Shown: positions 9,275 through 19,860 of the stretch, piece by piece
Position numbering within the stretch: position 1 is the stretch's first letter
Layout of the letters: every line of letters begins with the position of its first letter
DNA from: an uncultured Gemmatimonadaceae bacterium
Lineage (GTDB): Bacteria > Gemmatimonadota > Gemmatimonadetes > Gemmatimonadales > Gemmatimonadaceae
Direction: 5' to 3'
Length of the DNA stretch: 64,000 nucleotides
Assembly (NCBI GenBank): GCA_963740355.1
Contig: CAVUDW010000001.1
Span: 96,001 to 160,000, forward strand
The notes under the pieces: model-generated
What the model was told of the DNA's origin: nothing
The model's input: the letters and a program-made list of their open reading frames with translations, nothing else
Database searches by the model: none
Translations under genes and position numbers: made by a program

Positions 9275-11146
9275 CTAGACGGGCTGCTGCAGGGTCTGGA
9301 TACGGGCTGCGACGTCACGGAAGCGGATGTCGACGGCGTACACTCTTTGATAATAGCGTAGCCCGTCCTCCCGTGCCCCAAGCGACTCGCTGGCGAGGCC
9401 CAGAAGGTAGAGCACGCCTCGGAGCGTATCGTCGCTGTGACGTACCGATGGGTCGTCCAGTGCCCGCGCCAGGATCGTCCGGGCGATACCCGGTTCACGC
9501 TTGTCGAGGAAGCAGCCGCCAAGTGCCTCGATGGACTCCACACGCTTGAGTCGGCTGCGTGCGGCAATCTGGAACTCGGCAATGGCGTCGTCGAGCAAGC
9601 CCATCTCGCGGAAGGCGATGCCGAGGTCGAAGTGCGACTCCGCGTCATCCATCGGGATGGTCTTCTCTATCCCGTCCCGGAACTCCTGCAGGATATGCTG
9701 GAAATCGGCCTCGTGGTCGCCTGTCTGCTTCGGCTCGCCGATGGTCATGCGAGCTGACTTCGGATCCTCCTCATCGTGCAGGATGTCCGACAGGTTGACG
9801 TACGATGGCGTGGGACGCTTGGGACGCGGCGGCGGTGCGGGCGCGACGGCCACCGGCTCGGGCGCCACCGGCTCCGGTTCGACCGGCTCCGATTCGACCG
9901 GCTCCGGCAGTTCCACTTCGACATCCGGCACCAACGGCAACTCGTCGAGCACCGGCTCGTCCATGGCGAACGCCGGAAGGGTCTCCGAGCTGGCCGAGCC
10001 TTCGTCCAGCCCGCCAAACGCCGACACATCGGTTTCGGTCTCGAAGTCGAGCCCTGGCAGTTCGATCCCGTTGAACGCCTGCGGCGGTGCAGGGATTGCC
10101 GGTACGCTGAGTGGTGTCAGGCGCGGCGGCGCGGGCAGCGGTGGAACCGAGACCGACGACGCGGCCGAGGTGATCTCGCCCGGATCGATATCGAGAAACT
10201 CGATCTCATCCGCGGCGACAGGCTCAGGCAGCGAACTGAGAAGCTCGGCCTCGTGCGGTGCGACCGCCTCAGGTGCTTCCACCTCACGCTCGGGGGCTTC
10301 GAAGGACGTCGCCTCGAAGCCATCCAGCGTGCCGTTGGACGGCATTTCGTCAAACTCTGCCGTGGATGGCGCCGTCAGCTCGAGGCCTTCCAGACTCGAG
10401 GTCGCCGCAGGGCGCTCGAGGTCACCGCCCAGCATGGGCTGCGTCTCGAGGGCGCCGAAGTCGTCGTCGCTGTCGATGAACACCAGCGACGGATCGGAGC
10501 GCTTCCCTGCCCGATCCTGCTCCGATTCCGGCTTCCACTCCGCATCGATTTCGCGCGCGACCTGCGCGACCCCTTCGGCCTCGTCGGCTCGGCCGGCCAC
10601 CGCATGCAGGCGGTGGAGCACCGTCAGATGTGGTAGGGCGTCCGGCTTGCGACCAGCGCGCAGAAGCTGCTCGACGACCACGGAGCGCACGTGCACGTCC
10701 TCCGGCGACAACTCCGCAAACTCACTCAGGGCCTTGAGCGCTTCGCCATGCTGGCCAAGCTTTTCCAGCGCCTCGGCGACAGACAGGTAGTGGCGCTGTG
10801 CGTCCACGACCATGCCCTTCTCGGCCGAAAAGCGCGCCAGGCGGCGCAGCGTGGGCACATGACCGGGACGCTGACGCAGGATCTTGTTACATAGGGCGAT
10901 CGCGTTGTTGAGGAAGCCGCTCAACGCGTACTCGTCCGCACTTTTCTCGAAGAGCGCGATCGCATCGTCGATCTGACCGACACGCAGGTGCAGGTCGCCC
11001 ACGCGGTTGCGCAGTGCCACATCGACGTCGTCGGTGCCACCGTGCTCAGCGAGCAACTGCTGATACAGAGCTAACGCCTTCTCGGGCTGCTTTTTCAGCT
11101 CGAGGGCGGCGGCCTGCTGTTTGAGCACTGCCGGGGATGAGGCCAT
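9275..11146 (-). CDS. TPR protein with acidic disordered middle and C-terminal TPRs (SgmX/FimV-like architecture)
   Basis: N-terminal TPRs, Glu/Pro-rich linker, C-terminal DAESHFDLGIAFREMGLLDDAIAEFQ and ...YAVDIRFRDV. Confidence 0.8.
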   Translation of the reverse strand: MASSPAVLKQQAAALELKKQPEKALALYQQLLAEHGGTDDVDVALRNRVGDLHLRVGQIDDAIALFEKSADEYALSGFLNNAIALCNKILRQRPGHVPTLRRLARFSAEKGMVVDAQRHYLSVAEALEKLGQHGEALKALSEFAELSPEDVHVRSVVVEQLLRAGRKPDALPHLTVLHRLHAVAGRADEAEGVAQVAREIDAEWKPESEQDRAGKRSDPSLVFIDSDDDFGALETQPMLGGDLERPAATSSLEGLELTAPSTAEFDEMPSNGTLDGFEATSFEAPEREVEAPEAVAPHEAELLSSLPEPVAADEIEFLDIDPGEITSAASSVSVPPLPAPPRLTPLSVPAIPAPPQAFNGIELPGLDFETETDVSAFGGLDEGSASSETLPAFAMDEPVLDELPLVPDVEVELPEPVESEPVEPEPVAPEPVAVAPAPPPRPKRPTPSYVNLSDILHDEEDPKSARMTIGEPKQTGDHEADFQHILQEFRDGIEKTIPMDDAESHFDLGIAFREMGLLDDAIAEFQIAARSRLKRVESIEALGGCFLDKREPGIARTILARALDDPSVRHSDDTLRGVLYLLGLASESLGAREDGLRYYQRVYAVDIRFRDVAARIQTLQQPV

Positions 11147-11197
11147 GCGAAAGCGACGGGGTGACAGGGGGTGGACCTGCTCAACCGATAACGAACG

Positions 11198-11226
11198 AAG
11201 GTAGGGCTAAGTCACAGCTGGCTCAA
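11198..11226 (-). promoter_or_regulatory. Putative sigma70 promoter of the TPR-ispB-tatA operon
   Basis: Minus strand TTGAGC-N17-TACCTT. Confidence 0.5.
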
Positions 11227-11309
11227 GCGTTTACGTCACCGAAACGGTGCCGGCCGGCGCTTGGGAACGGATGAACGTCTCAGGAAGGCACCATTTTCGG
11301 GGTGCCCTC

Positions 11310-12281
11310 TCAAGCCATGACGTCCCGAATGCGGTCGATTCGCAGCGGCGCCTGCGCTTCCCCGCGGCAGGCGTAGTAACAGCGATTGCAGTCGATCGGC
11401 TGGTACCGATTCCACTCCTTCCAGTGGAAATCGACCGGGAAGTCCGGGCAGCGCCGTACGCCGCCGGTGGGATCGATGTGGATCGTGCTGATGCCGCTTT
11501 CGCAGGGCTCCGACATCTCCCCTCGGGTGTACCGCGGCAGCTGCTCGAGGTAGTGATCGGAATTGGTGATGACACCGCGCCGACGCCGCTTGTAGGCCAG
11601 CAGCTCCGCAACCAGCACCTCGATCTCCTCCTGCTGGCCGTCGCGCAGCAGGTGTTCCTCGTTGCCGTTCTTGAAATCCGTGTAGACGCTGAAGTTGACA
11701 CCGCACCCCAGTTCCGCCGCACGCGCGAGGATCGGCCGGATCTGGTCGAGGTTGTCGTTCTTGATCACCGTGTTGAATCGGATGTTGTCGATGCCCTTCG
11801 CCCGCATCCCCTCGACACTGTCGAAGATCTTTTTCGTAAGGCCGGGGATGCCGCGCGCCTCGTCATGGCGACCGTCGAGGTAGTCGAGGGAGATGCTCAA
11901 CTGGTTGATCCCGGCGTCCTTGAGCGATTGTCCGCGCTCAGCCGAGAGCATGCCGCCGTGCGTGATCAGCGTCATGTACTTCCAGTTGATCGCGCGGTCG
12001 ACGCCGGCGATCACATCCTCGAGATCGCGTCGCAGCAGCGGCTCACCACCGGTGAAGCAGACCAGCATCGGATCGAAGAACTTCGCCGCGTCAGCGTAAC
12101 TCTTCAGCTCGCGCTCCTTCTCGGCGGCATCCGTCTTCCAGTAGTCACAGAAGCCACAGCGCGCGTTGCAGCGCAGCGTGACCTCGAAGTGCACCAGCAC
12201 GGGCATCTTGCGAAGACGGAGCGAAACGTACTTCCGGAAGAAACCCGGGACGTGCCATGGCTTGAAACGCGCAGACAACAT
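11310..12281 (-). CDS. Radical SAM protein with SPASM/twitch-like C-terminal domain
   Basis: CNARCGFC (CxxxCxxC), FTGGEPLLR, C-terminal PCESG..IDPTGGVRRC...CNRCYYAC. Confidence 0.92.
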   Translation of the reverse strand: MLSARFKPWHVPGFFRKYVSLRLRKMPVLVHFEVTLRCNARCGFCDYWKTDAAEKERELKSYADAAKFFDPMLVCFTGGEPLLRRDLEDVIAGVDRAINWKYMTLITHGGMLSAERGQSLKDAGINQLSISLDYLDGRHDEARGIPGLTKKIFDSVEGMRAKGIDNIRFNTVIKNDNLDQIRPILARAAELGCGVNFSVYTDFKNGNEEHLLRDGQQEEIEVLVAELLAYKRRRRGVITNSDHYLEQLPRYTRGEMSEPCESGISTIHIDPTGGVRRCPDFPVDFHWKEWNRYQPIDCNRCYYACRGEAQAPLRIDRIRDVMA

Positions 12282-12420
12282 GTGTGGATCTGCAGAATTG
12301 GAGAGTTACAAATGCTGCAGGACCGTCAAGGTATCTCAGCAGAATTCGGATGGGTTGCGTTGCGGGCGCTGTGGGGGCGTACGCGAGAGGCGCGACCCAT
12401 CGCTATTCTGCCGACATTCC

Positions 12421-15400
12421 TTACGGCGAGGTGCCGACGCGGCGATAGGTCTGCTGGTCGAAGTTGAACTTCAGGTCGGGCTGCGCCTTCAGTGCAATGA
12501 AGAACGAGAACGCGAAGTTTCCGTTCGGTGCCTGCGTGAAGTTGAAGATCGCGCGCCAGTCGTGCAGCTCGCGTTGCAAAGAGACCGTCTGCGCGGCGAA
12601 CTGACCGCGCACCGCGTCGTAGGTCGTGGACCAGCTGGTGGCCCACTTCGGCGTCAGGTTGAAGCTGGTCTGCACCTGCAGCGACCGCACCGGTGGGTTG
12701 ATGATGATCGGTGACCCGGCGCCGACGAAGAGCGAATTGTTGTCGATGCCTGGAAGGTTGCCGTTTCGGTTGATGCATTCCTGAAGCAGGAACGGATTGG
12801 TGGTCCCCTGCAGCAACAAGGCGCAGCGTTCCTCGACGGGTGGCAGCGAAATCAGGTTCGTACCCACCGGTGGCCGCTGCCGGGTGGACGAGTACGACAG
12901 GTTCACCGACCACCCCTGCCCGCTCGGGATCGCGCCGTACCCTGGCCGAATCTGGTTGCTGTTGAGCCCCCGATTCACGCCCTGCGGCGTCATGCCACCA
13001 TCGTTCCGCATCTGCATCGAGTCCGTGGCCGTCAGGTTCGACGGCGCCGGCTTGAAGTCACCACCACCAAAGAACTTGTTCAGCCATTGCACCACACCCG
13101 TGGTCCGATCGAGTCGGAGCGAGGCACGCATCTCCTCGCGATATGGCTTGAAGACGGCAGTGTCTGAAATCGGGTTGCCCTGAAAGAGCGAAAAGCGCGT
13201 CGCGAAGTCGAAGCCCGGCAGGAAGTCGGAGCGCAGGCCGATGCCCCACTGCGAACTGGTGAGGCCCGCAAACTTCGACACCTTGTTCGGCTCGAGGGAG
13301 CGCCGCCGAATTTCCTGGTACTGGAGGAAGTTGTACGACACGGCGTCCGTCTGGATGCTCAGTGCGCGCACCTTGCGACCTGCATCCGGCGCCGAATCTG
13401 CCGGGGCACGCAGCTTCACTTCCACGTTCTGGTTCACGCTCAACGACAACACGTTCTGCGGGAGGGCGCCGTTGTAGCCCTTGCTGAACTGGTTGATCGC
13501 GCGGAGGTATTCCTCGCTTACGGTACCGCGGGGCGCCACCGACCAACCCAGCACCGGCGAGAACGAGTGGCGGATCCGCGAGACGGGTCCGATGCCCGGG
13601 AAGAAACCGAACAGCGTCGGTGCAATGGAGAGGTTGATGCTCGGCCGCTTCGACTGGGCGACGTATCGGCCACCTGACAAGGTCGAGCGAACCCAGAACG
13701 GTCCCGGATCGACGTTCGCGAACTGGATGCTTGGCGAGACGTTCCACTTGCCGCGGCTGAACGACGGCAGGCTGAAGCTCGTGCGCCAGTCGATGCGCGT
13801 CTCCGTGAATCCATCATAAAACCGGATCGACTGCACGGTGTCGCGCACGCCGTTGCCCCGATCGATGATCTCCTCGATCGTCTTCTGCTGCGTGCCGGTA
13901 TTGGCGGCGTCGCTGATGTCGAAGGAGTTCTCGAGGCTGAAGCCGAAGATCTGAAGCGGCGTATTGAACGTGAGCGAAGTCGCACGCTTGTTGAGCGCCT
14001 GCGCCACGCTGTCGACGTTGCCGTTCGAGTTCGTGAAGTAGCGGAACGCCGATTGGCCGCCGCTTTGTTGGTTGGTGTTGCGGGTCTCGCTGGCCGAGAG
14101 GGTCGGCGACCAGGTGAGCCAACGGCCGGCCGTGATCGGCGCCGCGTTGACGCTCAGCGTCGGCAGCGTCTGGTCGACCTGCGGGCGCCCGGTGTACTGG
14201 GTGCGGTTGGCGCCGAGCGCGACGGTGAACGGCCCGATGCCAGTCGTGTAGTTCGCCGATGACCGGAACGTCGCCAGCGCGGCGAATGGATTGAACGCCG
14301 TCGTCCGCTGCACGAGCGTGTTCGACACGTAGTTGATCGAGGTGTTGAAGCTCGTCTTGCGCGAGAACCGCTGCTGATGGTTCATCTGCACGTTGAGATT
14401 CGTGCTGCCGTCGGTCAGCCGCTGGTAGGACGTGCCAAGGCTGCCGTTGAGGAACCGGCGCAGCCAGTTGTAACGCCACTGGATGTTGTACCGAGTGAAG
14501 CCGAAGTCATTCGCGTTCCGGGGATCGATGTTGGCGCCGCTGCGCCAGTCGACCCAGGCCTGCACGTCCTGATAGTCGTCGATGTTGTAGTAATAGCCGA
14601 GATTCTCGACCGTCCGCCGATAGAGCGGACCATTGCGCACGATCTCGCTGAAGCCGAGTCGGGGGTTGAGCATCCCGCTGCGGCGCCCGGAACGGACATC
14701 CTGGAAGTAGAACGGCAGCCAGAAGACGGGCACATCGTAGATGTACAACACGCCCGGCCGACCGACCGCCAGCTTGCCTTTCACCAGCTTCAGTTCCTTC
14801 GAGCTGAAGTGATAATGTGGGATCGAATCATCGCAGGTCGTGATGGTGCCGCTGCGACCGAAGAACGCGGCTTCCACGCCAAGGCTGTCGTTGGCAAAGC
14901 CGGCGCTCTGCGCATCGATGAAGTACTTCTGCCCGCTCTCGATGGTGGTCTTGACGTACCCCACGGTGCCGCGGCGCTCGAGGGTGTTGTAGTACATCGT
15001 GCCTTTCGACACGACGTCATCCCCACCCCGGGCGGGATCACGCAGCACATTCTCCGCACCTCGCGCTCGGACGACCTTGGTCGAATCGTCATACACGATC
15101 GTGTCGCTGACCATGATCGTCTGGTCACGCCCGATGGCGGCGCGGGCACTGTCGTCACGAATCAGCGTGAGGATCTTCTTGCTGGCGTCGAAGGTGACAC
15201 TGCGCCCCTGGAACCGCGTCACCGTGTACCCGGGCTTCGTCAGCAACGAGTCGATGACCGGATCCGACTCGGCCCACTTCACCAGGTCCTTCTTGGCGGC
15301 CGAGTCGGCCGCCGCTGCAGAATCGGCGGCGGTGCGGAGCGAGTCGCGGCCAGTGCCCTTCTTCAGGGTGTCGCGCGGGACCTGACGCACCGACGGGCGC

Positions 15401-15483
15401 GCCGGAGGACGTGTGCCGCCCTGCGCCAGGAGCGGCGCCGTGAGCATCAGGAACGATGCAACCAGCGCGGCAACACGCCGCAC
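12421..15483 (-). CDS. lptD: Putative LPS-assembly protein LptD (large outer-membrane barrel)
   Basis: Signal peptide, jellyroll region, TTCD..PHYHF, VPVFWLPF..RRSG.L.P motif, beta-strand-rich C-terminus. Confidence 0.85.
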   Translation of the reverse strand: MRRVAALVASFLMLTAPLLAQGGTRPPARPSVRQVPRDTLKKGTGRDSLRTAADSAAAADSAAKKDLVKWAESDPVIDSLLTKPGYTVTRFQGRSVTFDASKKILTLIRDDSARAAIGRDQTIMVSDTIVYDDSTKVVRARGAENVLRDPARGGDDVVSKGTMYYNTLERRGTVGYVKTTIESGQKYFIDAQSAGFANDSLGVEAAFFGRSGTITTCDDSIPHYHFSSKELKLVKGKLAVGRPGVLYIYDVPVFWLPFYFQDVRSGRRSGMLNPRLGFSEIVRNGPLYRRTVENLGYYYNIDDYQDVQAWVDWRSGANIDPRNANDFGFTRYNIQWRYNWLRRFLNGSLGTSYQRLTDGSTNLNVQMNHQQRFSRKTSFNTSINYVSNTLVQRTTAFNPFAALATFRSSANYTTGIGPFTVALGANRTQYTGRPQVDQTLPTLSVNAAPITAGRWLTWSPTLSASETRNTNQQSGGQSAFRYFTNSNGNVDSVAQALNKRATSLTFNTPLQIFGFSLENSFDISDAANTGTQQKTIEEIIDRGNGVRDTVQSIRFYDGFTETRIDWRTSFSLPSFSRGKWNVSPSIQFANVDPGPFWVRSTLSGGRYVAQSKRPSINLSIAPTLFGFFPGIGPVSRIRHSFSPVLGWSVAPRGTVSEEYLRAINQFSKGYNGALPQNVLSLSVNQNVEVKLRAPADSAPDAGRKVRALSIQTDAVSYNFLQYQEIRRRSLEPNKVSKFAGLTSSQWGIGLRSDFLPGFDFATRFSLFQGNPISDTAVFKPYREEMRASLRLDRTTGVVQWLNKFFGGGDFKPAPSNLTATDSMQMRNDGGMTPQGVNRGLNSNQIRPGYGAIPSGQGWSVNLSYSSTRQRPPVGTNLISLPPVEERCALLLQGTTNPFLLQECINRNGNLPGIDNNSLFVGAGSPIIINPPVRSLQVQTSFNLTPKWATSWSTTYDAVRGQFAAQTVSLQRELHDWRAIFNFTQAPNGNFAFSFFIALKAQPDLKFNFDQQTYRRVGTSP

Positions 15484-16253
15484 TACGCCAGTACCTCGAC
15501 GTCCGACTCGGCTTCCGCCGCCAACCGACGCTTCACCTTTCGGCGATACACGATGATGCTGGCGATGATGCTGACCTCATACAGTCCGTAGAGCGGCACC
15601 GCCAGCATCAAGGTCGTCGTCAGCAGGTCGCCCGGTGTGATGATCGCGGCAGCCGCGAACGCGGCCACGAGCGCATGTCGACGGAAGGTCTGCAACTGCT
15701 TCGGCGTGATGACGCCGAGTGCGGTCAGGCCAACGAGCAGGATGGGCAGTTCGAACACCGCCCCCATGCTCAAGGCGAGCGAGGTGGCGAAGTCGAAGTA
15801 ATCCCTGGCGGTGATCATCGGCTCGAGCGCGGCCGTCTGAAATTCCATCAGGAACTTGAGCGCGAACGGCAGCACGAAGAAGTACGCCAGCGCCGCGCCC
15901 ATCATGAACAGGCAGGTGGCGGCAAACAGTAGCGGGATCACGACCCGCTTTTCGTGCTTGTAGAGCGCTGGAGACAAGAAGGCCCAGAGCTGGTACAGGA
16001 GCACCGGTGCGGCAATCGCGAAGCCAACCCCGAACGACACCTGCATCACGATCGAGAAGGAGTCACCGGGATGCGTGAAGATCAGCTTGCGGCCCATCAG
16101 GTACGGCAGGATCGGCTTCTCGAGCTGCGCGATGAAGTCGAACTTGATCACCAGCAGGAAGCCGATCCCGACACAGATGCCGACGGCGACGACGATCTTG
16201 AGGAGCCGCTTTCGCAGCTCCTCGAGATGATCGAGGAATGGCATGTCACTCAT
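15483..16253 (-). CDS. tatC: Twin-arginine translocase subunit TatC
   Basis: MPFLDHLEELRKRL, QLWAFLSPALY..E, FELP, ITPGD motifs; six TM segments. Confidence 0.97.
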   Translation of the reverse strand: MSDMPFLDHLEELRKRLLKIVVAVGICVGIGFLLVIKFDFIAQLEKPILPYLMGRKLIFTHPGDSFSIVMQVSFGVGFAIAAPVLLYQLWAFLSPALYKHEKRVVIPLLFAATCLFMMGAALAYFFVLPFALKFLMEFQTAALEPMITARDYFDFATSLALSMGAVFELPILLVGLTALGVITPKQLQTFRRHALVAAFAAAAIITPGDLLTTTLMLAVPLYGLYEVSIIASIIVYRRKVKRRLAAEAESDVEVLA

Positions 16254-16270
16254 CGTCGTCGCCGGGCGTG

Positions 16271-17121
16271 TTACGGGTTGCTCGACCGCAGACGCTCACG
16301 GGCCAGGTCGGCCTCGTCGCTCCGCGGATACGTCTTCACCAGCAGGTCGAGCACTTCGCGCGCCTTGTCCGGCTTGCCCTGTGTGCGCAGCAGTGCCGCT
16401 CGCTTGAACATCGCCGTCGGCGCCTTCTCGCTGCGCGGAAAGCGGGTGTAGACACTCAGGTACGCCGCCTCGGCGTCGATCGCCTTCGTATCACGCTCGA
16501 GCGTTTCGGCGATGTAGTACTGCGCATCGCCGGCGCGTTCATGCTGCGGATACTGCGCGAGGAAATCCGTGAAGCCCGCTCGCGCGGCTGCGGTGCTGCC
16601 ACGGCGCAGCTGGTCGAGCGCCATGGTGTAGAGCTGATTCGGCCCCGGAGCACCAGCGACCGGCGCGCACCGGCCGTCGATGCCGCCGCCGAATCCACCG
16701 GCTTGGCGGGCGTGGTCGGTGTCGAGGTCGGTGTCGTCGCGGCAGCCGGCACTGGCGGTGCCGACTGCAGGATCGCGTTGCGCTGCTCGAGTTCGGCACG
16801 CAACTCGGTGATCCGGGACTGGCTCTGCCCCGTCAGCGCACGAATCTCGATCAGGCCGTCGCGCACCTTGAACAGGTCGCCGAGCACGTTGCCCTGAAAC
16901 GAGGCCAGCTCACCCTTCAGTCCGCGCAGCGAATCGTTGAGGATGACCATCGTCCGGATCACGCTGTCGAACTGCACCCGACGCGTCGAGTCACGATAGG
17001 CGTACTCGGAACGCATCGCCTTCAAGTCGGTCTGGAGCATCAGCACGTCCTGCTTCGAGGCGACGCAGGCTGACAGTGCGGCAGTCCCGAGCGACAGCCA
17101 GAGCAGGCGCGCGCGGCTCAT
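16271..17121 (-). CDS. cpoB: Tol-Pal protein CpoB/YbgF, split by one frameshift near 16665
   Basis: Lipoprotein signal (LSAC) and coiled coil in ORF 16456-17121; TPRs (FLAQYP...AQYYIAE...KAPTAMFK) in ORF 16271-16624; lies downstream of pal. Confidence 0.85.
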
Positions 17122-17723
17122 CGCGGCGGCACCCGCAACGACTCGCCACCACTGAGGATCTCGAATTCAGCGCGACGATTCTTCGAGTAGGCAGCATCGT
17201 CATCACCGGAGGCCGCCGGACGCTCCTCGCCGAACGACACGATGTCGATACGGCTGGCCGCGATGCCACGATCGCTCAGGTACTTGCGAGTGGCCGCCGC
17301 ACGGCGCAGGCCAAGCGCGAGGTTGTATTCGTCACTGCCACGGGCATCGGTGTGTCCGGAGATGCGGATGCGAAGTCCCATGTTCGTGCGCAGCACCGGC
17401 AGCTTGGCGTCGAGGGCCGCACGCGCATCGTCCGTGATGTCGGACGCATCGTACTCGAAGAGCACAGCCGCCTCGAGGATCGCGCGCAGGTTGGCTGCCT
17501 CGGCTTCGCTTGCGGCACGAGCGGCGGCGGCCGCATCGGCCTGCGCCTTGGCAATCGAGTCCCGCACGAACTGCTCGCGCGCACGACGCGCGGCCTGATC
17601 GTCAACCGCTGGCGCCGTGCTTGGCGACGTGGGGACGGGAGCAATTGCAACCGGCTTCTTTCGGCAAGCGCCGAGTGAGAGGGTCGCGAGCATCAGGGCA
17701 GCGCCAACCAGGCGACGATTCAT
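17118..17723 (-). CDS. pal: Peptidoglycan-associated lipoprotein
   Basis: Lipobox LGAC; OmpA-C motif GHTDARGSDEYNLALGLRRA...SFGEERP...NRRAEF. Confidence 0.95.
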   Translation of the reverse strand: MNRRLVGAALMLATLSLGACRKKPVAIAPVPTSPSTAPAVDDQAARRAREQFVRDSIAKAQADAAAAARAASEAEAANLRAILEAAVLFEYDASDITDDARAALDAKLPVLRTNMGLRIRISGHTDARGSDEYNLALGLRRAAATRKYLSDRGIAASRIDIVSFGEERPAASGDDDAAYSKNRRAEFEILSGGESLRVPPR

Positions 17724-17781
17724 CAAGGACTCCGAAGGGATGGAAAAAGGGTGTGCCGAAAGTCGGTCGTGAACAAACAGG

Positions 17782-19080
17782 TCACTGCACAAATCGGGTC
17801 GACCATGCCGCGAGCCGTGCGCCACCACCTGACGTCAGCTGGCGCGCGCGTCCGGTCTCGGTGTCGATCACCCACAACTGCCGCGCTCCCGAGCGCGTCG
17901 AACTGACGACGACGTGTCGCGAATCCGGAGCCCAGGCGGGATCCTCATTGGCGCCTTCCGTGGTCAGTTGCTTGACCGCACGGTCCCGCAGCGTGATCAG
18001 CATCGACTGAAACCGCCCACCAAGCTGCGACTGAAACACGATCGCCCGACCATCAGGGGACCAGTCCGGGCTGGACCGATAGGCTTGCGTGGACGAAGAC
18101 AGCGCCGCCAGCAAGTCTGCGTTCGTGCCATCATCATCGGCAATATACACATCGGGTCGCCCCGACCGACCGGAGGTGAAGGCGATTCGACGCCCGTCAG
18201 GGCTGAACGTCGGCGATGTGTTGTCGGAGCCACGGCCGATCGAGATCCGCCGCGGCGTGCCGCCGCCGGCGCCGACCAGGTACAGCTCCGTGCCGAAGTC
18301 ATCGCCATGTGCATAGGCGATGCTGGAACCGTCCGGCGTGAACGTCGGCGAGATGTTCAAGCCGCTTGGTGGCACGACACGGCGGGACGAGCCACGCAGA
18401 TCCGTCACATAGATCGCGCTGCCGGCTGGCTCGAGCGAGGCATACACCACCGACTGGCCACCGGGATGGAAATTCGGCGACAAAAACCGACCGGCGGATG
18501 TCAACGGGGCGACCGCGGCACCATCACTGTCGATGAGCCAGATCCGGCCTTCCGCGACGAAGGCCAGTTTCGACGCCGCGATCCCGCGTTCGCCACTGAT
18601 CCATTCCTCGCACAGGTCACTCACGCGATGCACTGCCATGCGCCAGCTGGCGCTGTTCGGTGCGCCGGGCAACGACAGGGTGCTCCGCTGGAGCACCTTC
18701 TTCGCGCCCACGTCGTAGAGCACCACCGTGAGTCCGCCAGTCACGGGAACGAGCTGCACGACGCCGTTGATGCCAAGGCGGGCTGCTGCCGCGTAATCGA
18801 TCGGACCAGTCCCAGCAGGGGTGGCAAGCGCCGTGGCCTTCGGCAACACCGTGACCCGGTCGCCAAAGTCGAGATCGCGCATGACGATGGTCCGCAGCGA
18901 ATCCCCGCTCACGCCGGCCACCGGCAACACAAAAATGCCCGGTCGCTTCCCGCCCTCACCATAGATCAGGCCAAGGCGCACGCCCGGCTGTGCTTTGACG
19001 ATCGAGACACCGGCAACAACGGACAGCAGCAGAGCGCGACGCAGATGTCGCAGCAACGAAGCACGAATCGGGATACTCAC
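17782..19080 (-). CDS. tolB: Tol-Pal periplasmic beta-propeller protein TolB
   Basis: Repeated PD40 motifs (SPTFSPDG, SPDWSPDG, PAWAPDS); lies upstream of pal. Confidence 0.93.
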   Translation of the reverse strand: MSIPIRASLLRHLRRALLLSVVAGVSIVKAQPGVRLGLIYGEGGKRPGIFVLPVAGVSGDSLRTIVMRDLDFGDRVTVLPKATALATPAGTGPIDYAAAARLGINGVVQLVPVTGGLTVVLYDVGAKKVLQRSTLSLPGAPNSASWRMAVHRVSDLCEEWISGERGIAASKLAFVAEGRIWLIDSDGAAVAPLTSAGRFLSPNFHPGGQSVVYASLEPAGSAIYVTDLRGSSRRVVPPSGLNISPTFTPDGSSIAYAHGDDFGTELYLVGAGGGTPRRISIGRGSDNTSPTFSPDGRRIAFTSGRSGRPDVYIADDDGTNADLLAALSSSTQAYRSSPDWSPDGRAIVFQSQLGGRFQSMLITLRDRAVKQLTTEGANEDPAWAPDSRHVVVSSTRSGARQLWVIDTETGRARQLTSGGGARLAAWSTRFVQ

Positions 19081-19860
19081 CTCAACACAGTAGGATCAAA
19101 GCTGAACACGACCGGCAGGACATCGTCGCGGAATCCGCCCGGAAGCGGACCGAACGACCGACGTTGCCCCACGGCCTCGACGGCACCCATACACTCGAGA
19201 TCAAACGCGTAGACACCGGAACGCGACTGGAGCCGCAGGTCCGAGACCGAGCCATCGCGATGAATCAGAAACGTCACCTCGGCCCGCAACGCGACACCGG
19301 CCCGCGGCTTGAAGTTGAGCGCGATCTGGCGCGTGATGTTTTCGAGATACCCAGGGAAGGGGAACGCGATCCCCTGCACTTTCACACTTGCAACATCACG
19401 ACCACGACCGCCAGTTGGTCCGCCACCGGCCGGCGTGGGACCGGGGACCGTGGCCGCGCCGCCTGACTTGGGAGCCACCGGCTTCGCCACGGGAGCGGCC
19501 GGCTTCTTGGTGGGCGCAGGGGCGACTGTCGGCCGCTTCGCGGCCACCACCGTCTTCGGGTCCGGAATCGTCGCTGCCGGTGTCGGCGCTGGTGTGGGCG
19601 CCGTTTCCGGCGGCGTCTGCGGGCGCGCTCGGCCCTTCCTGGACGGAGCCGAGTGCACGCGGGCCCGGAGGCGCCGCGACCAGTTCCACGTTGTAGGCCG
19701 GCGGCTGCGGCGGAGGCAGTGTCAGACGCGTGAACACGATCGCGAGCACGATCAGCAGCAGGTGCGCACCAACCGACCAGAGTGCCGCCGTGCGCGCCGA
19801 GAGCGGCGGGCGCGGTCCAGGTGTCGACGCCGGCGAAGGTGCTGTCGCGCTGCCCGTCAT
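19077..19860 (-). CDS. tolA: TolA/TonB-family energy transducer, split by one frameshift near 19622
   Basis: TM with SxxxH motif (WSVGAHLLL) in ORF 19396-19860; Pro-rich linker and TonB_C-like domain (FLIHRDGSV...SG...FD) in ORF 19077-19658. Confidence 0.8.
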
